Source: Eledone cirrhosa (taxonomy: Eukaryota). From it: a DNA stretch of 64,000 nucleotides. The stretch spans positions 317,440,001 through 317,504,000 of the forward strand of contig OZ024742.1 of assembly GCA_964016885.1 (NCBI GenBank), in the 5' to 3' direction. The notes beneath the pieces were generated by a model. It ran no database searches, had not been told where the DNA came from, and was given only the letters and a program-made list of their open reading frames with translations. Below, piece after piece: positions 13,109 to 30,540 of this stretch. The first letter of the stretch is position 1, and each line of letters begins with the position of its first letter. A program made the translations under genes and the position numbers.

Positions 13109-13356
13109 TAATAAATGGTTTGAACAGAACTTTGATTCATGTAATTTCTATATAGCTGCTCTGTAGAACAACTGATGCTATTACATTGAGCTATTTATCT
13201 TACTGGTAATAAAGTAGTAATAAATTACTGTCTTTCACTGTTTAGGGTTTAAAATATATATAACTATAAAAGGTTTTAGTATATACATAACCATAAATAG
13301 TATCCTTAATACTATACATATATATATACATATATATATCTGTATATATATATGTG

Positions 13357-13390
<34 letters not shown>

Positions 13391-13443
13391 TGTATATATA
13401 TACATATATATATACACATATATATATATATATATACATATAA

Positions 13444-13515
<72 letters not shown>

Positions 13516-13704
13516 CTACAGTTCTTTGATTCTTATAATTCATATAACTGCTCTGTAAATCATCTGATGTTATTACATTGAGCTATTTAACTTACTGGTA
13601 ATAAGGTAGTAATATATTACTGCCTACCACTATTTAGGGTTTATAAAAATATATATAACTACAAAAGGCGTTTGTATTTGCATAACCATAAATAGTATAA
13701 TTAA

Positions 13705-13738
<34 letters not shown>

Positions 13739-14113
13739 CACATTGCCCTATTATGTTCCACATTGCGCCCCATTTTTTCTATTTTCTTTTCACTTCATAA
13801 ACCTTGTTTGTAAATAACATTATTCTTTCTGCATCATTTCCTTAACATGTTCAACACCACGATTTTACACCAATACATATTATTATCAATTGATAATGCA
13901 TAAAAATGCTAAAACCGGTAATAGACAATTATTAAATATATATATAAATAAATAAATGTCATTGTTAATTAATAAATAAATTAACTAATACCTTAACACT
14001 TCACACAAAGTAAAATATTTTGTTTTAATCATTTTCTAACCCAGAAAAAAGAGAAAAAAATAAAAAGGAAAAAAAAATATTTTTCTTCATAATAATAGTC
14101 TTTCTCTCCCTGT

Positions 14114-15797
<1,684 letters not shown>

Positions 15798-16405
15798 TGT
15801 CAGGTCATCAGTTGGTGCTACTGGTAACATGTATCCCAGTACAACCTGTCTCATGGTCGGGTCGTTGGCGACTAAACTGGCAACCCCACCAAGGTTTCTT
15901 GGTGAGGAGGGTGACTTTGGACATCCTGCGGGACTAAAAACAAAACCTGTCAAAGGGCAAAGGAGCTCTTAAGAGTCAATGTCCATCAAAAATCACTGGG
16001 AGAGATGACCCCTTAGCCTTTGTCAAGGCAGAATTCTAGGAGAAGGAAAACTCTGATATAACACCTGCAACCCTGATGGTATCCAATGATGTTGACTTGT
16101 TCTTCTTTTTGGTAAATATCATCTTGGTTAAGAAAGTGGGACTGGCTTTGTGCAGTGCCTTTGCTCACTATAAAAGCTTCACGGCACAGGCATTGCTTTA
16201 TATCTGGAGATCTCTCTGCACTTGTCATCACATGGTACCATGAGCCCAGCACTATGTGTCAATAATTGTCACAAGTGTAGTATTTGTACCAGAGTTTACA
16301 AGTCGCTGGTTGGACTAAAAAGTCACACTCGTTTAGCGCATCGGTAGAAGTTCTCCTATATGGATATAAAGTAGTGGCCGTACTCGAAAACGAGTTGGCA
16401 GCCAC
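15798..16405 (+). mobile_element. Unclassified ~610-bp non-coding interspersed element embedded in TA
   Basis: A highly similar copy with the same boundaries (TGTCAGGTCA...GGCAGCCACC) lies at 41246-41853. Confidence 0.8.
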
Positions 16406-19057
<2,652 letters not shown>

Positions 19058-19873
19058 CATAATCTATAAAGCTCAGTGTATGGACATGCTCCTTTGTTAT
19101 AGAAATCTACGATATAGAATTTCTTCAATTGAATTTACAATTCAGTATTCGAAATAGCTTCGCTTGCGTTTTGGCACAGATAATTTTTTCAAATTCACCC
19201 ACAATTACGCAAAAAATAGATAAAACTCAATATGTTACGATAATACTCTCTCATTTAAAGTGCTAAACTGTTTCCATTACCATTTAAAATCTATACAACT
19301 TCATACTTTCTGCTACTTTCTCTTTCCAACCTTGAGGGTGATACTGTCCGTTTTACTCTCTCATATCATCTGCCAAATGATAAAAAAACATTTAAAGCAA
19401 TTAAACAACGTGCGTGATTTATAACCACACTAACTTTTAGTTGCTTCAAACTTAATGATTTATTTACAAACACATACAAACACACACTCACATAAATTGA
19501 TAAAAAAAATTTAAAGCAATTAAACAACGTGCGTGATTGCCGAAGAGAGAGAGAGAAGAGAGTGAGAGGGAGAGAGAGAGAGAACCTTTATTATTACATA
19601 AAGTACCAGTAATGTACTGGGTAATTGCTGGCCTTGTGCCAAAAAAGTAGAAACAATTATTACATTTCATACGAAACGACAATTATTCAAAAGCAACAGA
19701 TACATTTATTCAACAACAAGTGATAAATCGTTTTTAAAACCTCTCAACGAAAGTGGATTCTTACAGACTTTGTGTCGAATCGGTTTGAAATTGTGCAAAT
19801 GTATAAACATGGAACATGTGCACACCCACAACAACAACAACAATCTGCCTTTTATAGATAATGATAAACAATA

Positions 19874-20150
19874 ATATCCTCTATGAGGTCACTAAACCTG
19901 CTAGAAACAGCAACTAACTCTCCCCCATACCACACCCCTCCCTACTGTCTTAAATTTAGAAAACATATCTTCTATGAGGTTACTAAACCTGCTAGAAACA
20001 GCAGCTAACTCTCCCCCATATCACATCACTCCCTACTGTCTTAAATTTAGAAAACACATATCCTCTATGAGGTCACTAAACCTGCTAGAAACAACAGCTA
20101 ACTCTCCCTCATATCACAACCCTCCCTACTGTCTTAAATTTAGAAAACAC
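19874..20150 (+). repeat. Three tandem ~92-bp units
   Basis: Unit ATATCCTCTATGAGGTCACTAAACCTGCTAGAAAC..CCCTACTGTCTTAAATTTAGAAAAC. Degenerate relatives at about 57205-57300 and 57815-57925. Confidence 0.85.
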
Positions 20151-20314
20151 ACAGACAACCATGCAGAACAACTCCATCGCAGCTCTGTTGTTCGGCTGGC
20201 ATCGTCTATGCGCGTGTTGCGCAAGTACTGTGAAACAATAAATTTCAACACTTACCTCCGTAAAAGTAGTAGTAGTGACATGTGATTTATTATTTTGGTG
20301 TTGGTTTAGTGCCT

Positions 20315-21197
20315 CCGTAAAACCACTTATTAGCAAGACATACCCTTTTCAAAGACCCCCCTGTATAGATAAGAAATGTATAACCTGTAAATTAAGTCCC
20401 CATATTAACTGTAAAACTAGAAATGTAGTATATAGCATAAGATGTACTGAAGGACAATGTAGAGACAAAAATATAGTATACATAGGTGAGACAGCTCGTA
20501 GTGTAGCGGAACGGATAAATGAACACTGGCAAGACCTTCAAGATAGTGAAGAATCATCTGTACTCTACCAACATGCTAAAATAGAACATAAGGGTAAATT
20601 AGTGAACATAGAAATAAAAATAGAATCTACACACAGAAAAGACGCAATGTTTAGACAAATCACAGAGGCAATAAACATAAAATAATTACAACCAAAATTA
20701 AATAGAAAACATGAGTGGATCAGCAACATCACAACTTACAATTAAGGACAAAATGAAAATACACACGCACATAGAAAAAACAACCAACCTGTAACATGTG
20801 AAACAAATGAATAAACGAATATAAACACACACAGACACCCGGATGTGGCGCTTGCGCAGACTGAGCACACAACACACACACAGAAACAAAATGGCGTAGG
20901 ACAGAACAAAGGAGAGGCACAAAAACAAAGAAAAGAATCCCCAGTCACTAAAGATGTCACAGAAGGAGTGACGAAAGAACTTTGACAATATATGAACAAC
21001 CGTCCGGTTGTGGAACCAACCAACCAACTGGAAATTTATAAATTCCTCAATTTATAAATTTATTATAATAAATTGAAGTGAAAGAAACTGGTGCGTGTGT
21101 TTCTTATTGGCAACATGACCCTCCTAAAGTATAACAATATCGGTTTCAACACACGTTTTCAGATAAAGAATCTTGCTAAACAAATTCAGAAACGAAA
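20315..21197 (+). mobile_element. Penelope-like 3' fragment: GIY-YIG domain plus pLTR
   Basis: CKTRNVVYSIRC..YIGETARSVAERINEH..RQITEAINIK. The pLTR is shared with 25049-25232 and 60864-61485. Confidence 0.9.
20944..20986 (+). ncRNA. Hammerhead motif, decayed (G5A)
   Basis: GUCA-CUAAAGA-U-GUCAC AGAAGGA GUGAC-GAAA-GAAC-UU^UGAC. The sister copy at 61075-61117(-) retains CUGAAGA. Confidence 0.65.
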
Positions 21198-21227
21198 TAT
21201 ATATGTATATATATATATATGTATATA

Positions 21228-21260
<33 letters not shown>

Positions 21261-21334
21261 ATATATATATATATGTATATATGTATATATATATATATAT
21301 ATATACATATATACATATACATTTCTATACACAC

Positions 21335-21368
<34 letters not shown>

Positions 21369-21398
21369 TTGTATATATATATATACATATATATATAC

Positions 21399-21434
<36 letters not shown>

Positions 21435-21437
21435 TCA

Positions 21438-21475
<38 letters not shown>

Positions 21476-21565
21476 CATATATATATACATATATATATAT
21501 ATATACATATATATTTATTAAAATAACAGATTAAAGTTTAAGCAAAGAATCGCTGCTTTCACCCT

Positions 21566-21679
<114 letters not shown>

Positions 21680-21685
21680 TATATA

Positions 21686-22633
21686 CTAGCAGTAAAGCCC
21701 GGCGTTGCTCGGGGTCGCTCAGTAGCTGTGTTAAAGTTACAATGTTAAGTTTCTTTCTTGGCTTAAAAACTGTAGTGTCTACTGTGCAGACTTGCATGTG
21801 GTGTTTTTGATTAATATTCCCTCAACCAACAATATGCCTTATGAAGTTAAGAAAACATAACGATAACCCGAATGTTATAACAAAAGAGGATGCTGGGGAT
21901 AGAAACTGCACTGGTTATTTATTAACAAAGATCGAAAATGTAAACACTGCAACGCAGAGAAAATCATTAGCGTAACCAAATTATCAGTTATGTCTGTCTG
22001 CACGCCTATATCACCTCTCTGCACGACTGTCTGTCTGCACGCCTATATCACCTCTCTGCACGACTGTCTGTCTGCACGCCTATATCACCTCTCTGCACGA
22101 CTGTCTGTCTGCACGCGTATATCACCTCTCTGCACGACTGTCTGTCTGCACGACTGTCTGTCTGCACGCCTAACGACGAAATATTTGCTTGTTTTACGTA
22201 GTCTTTAAATAGACTTGTTTTCAAGTAAAAATATTGTTTTAAAATGCTTTTAAATGGAAATGAAGCAAAACGGAAACTTAGTGTTCGAACTGATGAATTT
22301 TGCAGGTCAATATTTTGCTGGCTCGACAACTGTTCGTGTATTGTGTTAATGTCATTTTAAACGCTGAGAAAGCCAGCGTAATTTTTTACGTAAGACGCTC
22401 AATGTAACCAGCACAAAGGGAAATAACTGATCACTTACGCTCAAAAATCGATACATTATATTCGATTTCGTCACATAGGGCGGGTCAATTTGAAATATTT
22501 TTTTTCCGATGTCTTCGCTAGGGCTCAATGTACAAGTATAGCAATTTCGGTGCAATTCCGTCAGAGATTCTAAGAGGAGATGTGTGCCAAAAATCGATAG
22601 ACAGACAGACAACCACAGTTTTATATATATGGA
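21686..22633 (-). mobile_element. Non-autonomous Helitron
   Basis: Minus strand starts A|TC, has (GTCT)n near the 5' end and a subterminal hairpin CCCGAGCAACGCCGGG, and ends CTAG|T. No TSD. Confidence 0.8.
21991..22171. repeat. 37-bp tandem repeat (about 4.5 copies) inside the Helitron
   Basis: Unit TGTCTGTCTGCACGCCTATATCACCTCTCTGCACGAC. Confidence 0.9.
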
Positions 22634-22860
22634 TTAGAAAGTGAAGGTTTTTTTACAAAATGAAAATTAACCGAGGTGTCCTACACGAGTGAAAGTATAA
22701 AGAAAAAGAGATGAAATCGAAAATGCAACTGGAGTCTTATATTTTTTTTAAATATATATATTTATTTGGTTCCTTTACCGGTTTCGCAGTTCTTCTGCTT
22801 TTCAAAAGGTGAGTTGAGAAAAACCACAGAGAAAAACCACAGACCCTCCATCTCAACTCA

Positions 22861-22898
22861 CCTTTTGAAAAGCAGAAGAACTGCGAAACCGGTAAAGG
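22861..22898 (+). ncRNA. Minimal hammerhead motif (C3U/G8A covariant core) in a fold-back pLTR island 22636-22970
   Basis: CCUU-UUGAAAA-GCAG AAGAA CUGC-GAAA-CCGG-UA^AAGG. Identical copies at 22772-22809(-) and 40285-40322(+). Confidence 0.8.
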
Positions 22899-22999
22899 AA
22901 CCAAATAAATATATATATTTTTTAAAAAAATAAGACTCCAGTTGCATTTTCGATTTCATCTCTTTTTCTTTATATATATATATATACATATATATATAC

Positions 23000-23052
<53 letters not shown>

Positions 23053-23053
23053 G

Positions 23054-23086
<33 letters not shown>

Positions 23087-23090
23087 GATA

Positions 23091-23252
<162 letters not shown>

Positions 23253-23253
23253 C

Positions 23254-23284
<31 letters not shown>

Positions 23285-23309
23285 CATATATATATACATA
23301 TATATATAC

Positions 23310-23388
<79 letters not shown>

Positions 23389-23442
23389 CATATATATATA
23401 CATATATATATATATACATATATATATACATATATATATATC

Positions 23443-23556
23443 TATCTAAGGCGGGTAAAATTCCCGAGATCCATGGACGAGTTCTCTCCAGCGATCTCTG
23501 TCCCTCATTATCGCTGCCATATCTCCAACAGGTCTGTTGGAGATATATATATATAC

Positions 23557-23620
<64 letters not shown>

Positions 23621-23692
23621 ACATATATATATATATATGTATACATATATATATATATATGTATACATATATATATATATATATATATATGC

Positions 23693-23733
<41 letters not shown>

Positions 23734-23858
23734 CATATATATCTATCTATCTATCTAAGGCGGGTAAAATTCCCGAGATCCATGGACGAGTTCTCTCCAG
23801 CGGTCTCTGTCCCTCATTATCGCTGCCATGTCCTGCATCTCCAACAGGTCTGTTGGAG

Positions 23859-23860
<2 letters not shown>
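23443..23860 (-). mobile_element. Two very short RTE LINE 3'-end fragments with (TAGA)n tails in TA tracts
   Basis: They encode [23 protein letters not shown]. Homologous to 32903-33238, 44238-44409 and 50882-51051. Confidence 0.75.
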
Positions 23861-23915
<55 letters not shown>

Positions 23916-24039
23916 CATATATATATACATATATATATACATATATATATATGGAAAGTTATATTTAAAATTGTTGGGTTACAACTAGTAAATATTTATA
24001 ACTGATATAAAAGCACTCGACAAGTATTTGGAGTATATT

Positions 24040-24410
24040 TACAATATTAAATAAATGGAAACTATATTTATAAAACCATATTTATTTCATTATATATATT
24101 TCAGGGATATCATATTAACAATATGCTATGCCTTCCTCAGACAAAATACAATATAAACAGTTTTATAGATAAATAGATTTGACATACCGTAACAACATCG
24201 ACTTGTATTTGAAAAGTTGATCTGCCAAATCAACTTTTCAAATACAAGTCGATGTTGTTACGGTATGTCAAATCTATTTATCTATAAAACTGTTTATATT
24301 GTATTTTGTCTGAGGAAGGCATAGCATATTGTTAATATGATATCCCTGAAATATATATAATGAAATAAATATGGTTTTATAAATATAGTTTCCATTTATT
24401 TAATATTGTA
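24040..24410. repeat. Perfect palindrome, 182-bp arms, 7-nt spacer
   Basis: 24040-24221 is the reverse complement of 24229-24410; the spacer is CTGCCAA. Confidence 0.9.
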
Positions 24411-24412
24411 CA

Positions 24413-24498
<86 letters not shown>

Positions 24499-24549
24499 CA
24501 TATATATATACATATATATTTATATATATATATATATATACATTTATAT

Positions 24550-25030
24550 TACTCTTTTACTCTTTTACCTGTTTCAGCCATCCGGCTGAGGCCATGCTGG
24601 GGCACCGCCCTTGTTGCTACACATTTTATCTCCAGCCTGTATAGGTTGGCCACTGGTGTAAGAGGGAGTTTGTTGCTGCTGCCCTTAGGTTTCCCTCGTG
24701 TCTTGCTGTGGGTTCATCCGGGATCCTGGATAACAAGGTGTCGAGATGTTTCTTAAAGACATCCACCTCCACGTCATGCAAGTCTCTCAGATGCTTCGGC
24801 AGCCTGTTGAAGAGTTGAGGGCCCTTGAATCCCAGGCTATTGCAATACCTGCTCCTTATTCTAGATGTGGAAGACGGGACCTTTGGCACCACACAGTGAC
24901 GTCCTGTTCGACGGTTGGTCCAGCTCCCAATGCCAAAGTTTGGTGCTAGTCCCTGCAGGATTTTCCACATGTAGATCACTGCGTATCTCTCCCGTCTTCG
25001 CTCCAAGGAGTAGAGGTTCAGTTCCTTTCA
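24550..25030 (-). mobile_element. CR1-like LINE 3' fragment
   Basis: LERRRERYAVIYMWKIL..GPQLFNRLP..FKKHLD..IPDEP, then a 3' stem-loop and a (TAAAAGAG)n tail. Confidence 0.75.
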
Positions 25031-25370
25031 GTGACGAAAGTTCCTTTCAGTGACGAAAGGACTATGACTATATATAAACAACTATCTGGTTGTGGAACCA
25101 ACCAACCAACCAGAAATTTATAAGTTTGTAAATTTGTAAATTTATAAATTTATAAATATATAATAAATTGAAGTGAAAGCAACTGGTGCGTGTGTTTCTT
25201 ATTGGCAACATGACCCTCCCAAAGTATAACAATATATATATATGTATATATTTATATATATGTATATATATATATATGTTATATATATATGTTTTAACGG
25301 TCTATTATCCGATTTTTTACCTTCCCACGTATACATATATATATATACATATATATAAATATATATATAC

Positions 25371-25419
<49 letters not shown>

Positions 25420-25479
25420 TACATATATATATATAAATACATATATATATATATACACATATATATCTATGTACTTATA

Positions 25480-25615
<136 letters not shown>

Positions 25616-25630
25616 CATATATATATATAC

Positions 25631-25666
<36 letters not shown>

Positions 25667-25682
25667 GCATATATATATATAC

Positions 25683-25827
<145 letters not shown>

Positions 25828-25829
25828 CA

Positions 25830-27500
25830 GTATTTACGTATCGAGAGAGAGAGAAAAAAAGGGGGAGGATAGGTGATACATATAGTTATTTACCAAGTAG
25901 CGTATGCCAAAGGTGCTCGATACTAGTGCCGGCAGTATTAAATATTCGAAGTGTTAATATTTAGTGGGCTAGAGAGTTATCAGAGCGTAAGCACGTGGGA
26001 AAGTAAGAAGTCGGAGAATAGACCGTTAAAACATGTTTATTTAGAACAGCACCTACGTACGTTTCGCCCAGTTGGGCTTCTCAAGGGCATAAATAATCAA
26101 AAGTGTTCCTTACATTGCTCGGAAAGAGTTTTGGTGTTAAATCCACGTCAAGGTTCATTGCTCGCAAAAATAGGCTGTTTTGATTTTGCAGCAGGTCAAG
26201 GGAGGTAACTCTGGCCGGTTTTAGGGCAGTCTTTCCCGGACAAATTCTTTTATCTGCTACGAGATGAGGTTACAACCTTACCATTGTCGATACGCATGTA
26301 ATAAACGCTTATCTTGAGAGTTTTTTTTATTTTTTTATTTGGCCGCATCTGTTTTTCTGAGTCGTTTGAGGCTGGGTCTGGTATGCAAGGATTCTTTACT
26401 GTGTGTTATTTTGCAGCGCCTGTCCGCCGGGGTGTTAAGACTTGTTGTAGGGAGATTCGGTGCACGGTTTCACTCCTCATCCTTAACCCATCTGAAGAAG
26501 GATATTTTTAAGCGATGTGTACAACTTATCGCTGTTTCAGCTCTGCTGTTGATGAGCTCGTGGGGTGCAGTTATGATGTGGTAGAGCTCCATGAGGCAAA
26601 GATCGCATTTCCTCTTGAAGTTGTACGGTGCAGCCCTGCCGACAATCTCCCAGTCCGTGGAGAAGCTGATGTTTAAGTCCTTTAGTGATGTGATGTAGTC
26701 CGCGAGCGAAGTGGAGTGCCTTAGTTTTCTATTTGTGAAAGAGTGGAGATGTGTTCGAAACCTAATTTTGAACGGGCCGGGCGTAGCCCCTATATAATGT
26801 TTAACGCTATTGTGGCTAGTAATAGTGCATCTATATATAACCCTATCAGTCAAGCAGTATCCTCTAAGGGGGCAGCGTCCTCTGTCGCGGTTCCGTCTAT
26901 TTCCCACGGTAAGGCTATCATTGTTGCTGCCTACGTCGTTGCTACCTACGCTACCGCAGCTGTCGTTAGCACCATTACAACCCACAGCACGCGGGGTGGT
27001 GCGATTGTTATTCCGCACGTCAAGTCCTGCATGTTCCCCAGTCATTTAGCGGTTATGCTGGTTGCGTCTGCGGATGCCGTTGCCAACACTATTGGATGCT
27101 GTCAGGGAGTTGTTAAGGCCGATATAGTTATTGTCAGGTGTAGGTGCGTCTGTGTCGAGGTGCTGTGACTTGGTGATCTTACTGTGGTTCGTTGTTCCTA
27201 TGATGTCTGCTAGGTTAGGAGTAGTAGAGAAGGATATTTTTATATTGTTCCTATTAAGAATTTTTCTATACCTATGGTTGGGCGGGAAGTTCTTCTCTAA
27301 GGCTTCGAAGAACAACCGGGGTATGTTGGAGGCCACACTCCGAGAGTAGGGGGAGTGGAACCATAGGACGTTACGGTGGAGATTATGTGTCCTTGTACGT
27401 TTGCTACGGGTGGTTCCATCTAGGTAACCGCTCTTATGTGTGTTAATGCGCAGTCGCCCGTTCGGTGCCACTTTCACTTTATGCTCGGGTGCACTCTTCC
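25830..27500 (-). mobile_element. Penelope-like 3' fragment (linker plus GIY-YIG), same lineage as the 12040-12909 ORF
   Basis: RNVLWFHSPYS..KNFPPNHRY..IKISFSTTPNL, one in-frame stop at 27046, then CPLRGYCL..VIYRC..YIGAT..CDLCLME..CTHR. Confidence 0.85.
26049..26088 (-). ncRNA. Minimal hammerhead motif (C3U/G8A) in the Penelope 3' region
   Basis: GCCC-UUGAGAA-GCCCA AC UGGGC-GAAA-CGUACG-UA^GGUGC. Confidence 0.75.
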
Positions 27501-27710
27501 TACCTCTTCCATGTTTATGTACAGGAAGATGTTGGTTGGAAGGCGTTGGTAGTAGGTCGTCGCCTTTGTTGGTTTTGTAATAGGGGAATAGTTCGAGTAA
27601 TCTACAGTGGTGACCACTCGACGAAGTGAGCAGGTTGGTTTGGTTACTCCGGAGTAATGTAAAATAAATAAAATAAAAAGTCAAATGTTTAAAATTTAGC
27701 TTCATTTATT

Positions 27711-27765
27711 ACTGCTATATATATTTCGGTGACAGCCATCTTTGGCTGTGACCTCTTCAGGCAGT
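27711..27765 (-). ncRNA. Minimal hammerhead motif, canonical core
   Basis: ACUGC-CUGAAGA-GGUCACAGCCA AAGA UGGCUGUCACC-GAAA-UAUAUA-UA^GCAGU. Confidence 0.85.
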
Positions 27766-27935
27766 CCGAATTTATGTGGTATAGACAAGTACATATGTTG
27801 TTGAGGTGTATAATTTTGTCAATACTCTGATATGCCCAGTTCCTGGTTGGGTTGTTATTTCATTGAGGAACTGGAATCATATGATTGCAATTTTCAACAG
27901 TTGAAAATTGCAAACTTGACTGTCACCACACATTA

Positions 27936-27974
27936 TGAACCTGAAGATTGCGAAAGCATGAAAGTACTTGTTCA
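27936..27974 (+). ncRNA. Minimal hammerhead motif, canonical core
   Basis: UGAAC-CUGAAGA-U UGC GAAA GCA U-GAAA-GUAC-UU^GUUCA. Confidence 0.75.
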
Positions 27975-28487
27975 ATTAACACTTAACATTTAATATTCTA
28001 GCATACTATTTCATTATAATACCATTATAAATTTTAAAGGATTGTAAATTAAACGAGTAAATCAGGCAAAGTTGGAATTCCTCTTATTAATATATATATG
28101 TATATATATATATATATATATGTGTGTGTTGTGCGTTCTAATATTGCAAAACTAAAGCTCCAATTGCAAGCTTTTATTCAATATCTAGAATATAAAAACA
28201 GTAATTAGTCTTGAAGAAATATAACAATAATATTTGTAAGAAAAGAAAGATATGCAATAAAACAAAGTTATATTGAGGATAGATGAACTTCATAACATTC
28301 TTCGCCGATTTTATTGTTCTTCAATATAGCGCTTGGGGGCTACGCGTATACAATTGCTTCGTCTCACGGGGTCAACAGGAACTTGCGGTAGGATGCTACC
28401 ACGGGATTTAAATCAATCACGGTTTCATCTAACAGTAGATCGTTACTGTGGTCGATGTTAAGTGGTCTCGGCATATCAGCAGGACTG

Positions 28488-30540
28488 CTAATCGAACTGT
28501 TTTTCTTGGATGGATTGATTGTCATTATTTTGACAATTAATTGGGCCAGGGGAGAGGTCTGCTGTTGAGACTGTACTAGATCTTCCATTTTGATATCTGA
28601 CAACCGCGAAATTAGCATTCACCATCTGTTCGATAATAACTTTATTCACTAATGGGTCGTTCTTTGTACGAATAAAGTTTCTAATATAGGCGTCGTTTCC
28701 AACTCTAAGCCAATCTGGTAGGGAAAATCCTAAGGAACCTTTTCGATCGAATCTGAATATGCGGTTATGGGGTGTCTCATTAGTCGCTGTACAGAGAAGT
28801 GATCGTTGCGAGGCAAGAACTTCTGGCATGATATCTTCCCACCTAGTTTCTTTAAGTTTGCGCGAGTTAATTATGCATTGAATTCCTTTCCTGAGGACTC
28901 CGTTGTAGCGCTCATTTTGGCCATTTCCTTGTGGATGGTACGGCGAAGTGGGATATACCATTGGACAAGCAGAAATGATCGAATTCTTTGGAGAGAAACT
29001 GAGTTCCTCGATCGGAGTGTATGAATGAGGGAGCTCCGAATATTGAGAAGATTTGTTTGAGACAGTTAATGACAGTGTTTGAGGTGATGTCACGCATACC
29101 GAAGGCAAAAGGGAATCTGCTGAATTTGTCTACTGCAGTCAATAAGTATATGTTTCCTGCTTTTGAAGATTTTGGTTTGGGTCCAACGATATCGATTGAC
29201 AGACGTTCGAACGGCCTTGTTGACTCAATGAGTTTAGCAGATGGAGGCTTGAAGAATTTTTGCTTGCACTCCAAACATGATACGCAGTTTTTGACGACGT
29301 CACGGATTTCGTCTACGGAAAAGGGCAGGTTATGGCGTCGAATATAATCGTAAAATCTAGTTACTCCTGGGTGTGCTAGTTGGTCGTGGAGTACTTTTAA
29401 ATCACAGGGTGGCGATATAGCTGCAGCGATTCTTGAAAGACAATCGGCTTGGGTGTTGAGGTAGCCGGGTTTGTAGTCAATGTCAAATTGATGCGCCAGC
29501 GAGATATTTTATCATTTTTGATTCGTGATTTATTTACTCGAGAAAATGAAGGCTACTGATTTTTGGTCAGTCCGTATAATCGAATGAAAACACTTCAGTA
29601 TTGCGACCATCTCCGTACAGCTTCAATAATAGCCATAGCTTCTCGCTCCACGGTCGATTGTCTTTTCTCGGACGGTGTAAGTGTTCTCGACAGGAAGGCC
29701 ACGGGCCGTTCGTTTTGAGAAAGTATAGCTCCGATTACATCGCCAGAGGCATCTGTTTCTATTACCAATGCGTGGCCAGTTTTAAGAGGAATGCTAAGAG
29801 CGGCATTAGATATCTGCTTTCATGGCTTGTATTACATCTGTAGCTACTTTATTCAGCGGGAACGAGTCAGCTTGTAATAGTGGTTGGATTTTCTTCGAGT
29901 AATCGGCAATCCACCTAGCATTATAGGCTAGGAATCCAAGGAATCGTTTCAGTTGTTGTTTGTTTGTTTGTTGGGATAGGGTAGTCTAGTAGGGTTTTGA
30001 TGCGTTCCTTATCGGGTTTCTTTACTCCGTTCTGAATGTTATAACCTAGTATAGATATACTCGTTTGGCAGATTTTACTCTTATCCAAGTTAAGAGTTAG
30101 GTTTTCTGTCTTCACGGCGTTTAAGAATGCTTCCACATTTCTATCATGTTCAGCTTTGGTATTTCCCATGACTATGACGTTGTCAATATAGCCATAGGTT
30201 TTGAGTAAGTTATATTTCTCTATAACTTGATCCATAATTCTCTGAAAAACAGGTACAGCGTTAGTCACGCCGAAGGGTAAGCGGCAGAATTGGTAGAGTT
30301 TGTGATTAGCCTGAAATGCCGTTAGAGGTTTGTCGATTTTTCTTAAAGGTACTTGGTGATACGCTGATTTGAGGTCGATTTCTGAAAAATATTTATCCTG
30401 TGCCACTTTGTTAACGACATTCTCAATGTCGGGGGATGGATAGGCATCCAATTGTGTATAATTATTAATTGTCTGGGAGTAGTCGAGGTTTCTTTCCGTG
30501 TACTATGAAGCACTGAGCTCGCCAAGGTGAAATTGATTCC
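28488..30540 (-). pseudogene. pol: Gypsy pol (RT, RNase H, integrase), frameshifted
   Basis: RT: IDLKSAYHQ, RLPFGV, YIDN. Integrase: HHCC (HDQLAHPG..CVSC), SIDIVGP, HSDRGTQF, PQGNGQNER. Confidence 0.9.

Larger units (their letters stand above)
10523..13315 (-). mobile_element. 5'-truncated Penelope-like element with inverted pLTR
   Basis: Minus-strand GIY-YIG frame at 12040-12909. About 240-bp inverted repeat 10523-10762 / 12911-13150 containing a hammerhead motif. Flanked by TA tracts, with an extra pLTR-tail copy at 13515-13710. Confidence 0.85.

Noticed and set aside
21991-22171. 37-bp repeats suggestive of a CRISPR array
   Set aside because: They are head-to-tail repeats with no unique spacers, in a eukaryotic context inside a Helitron.
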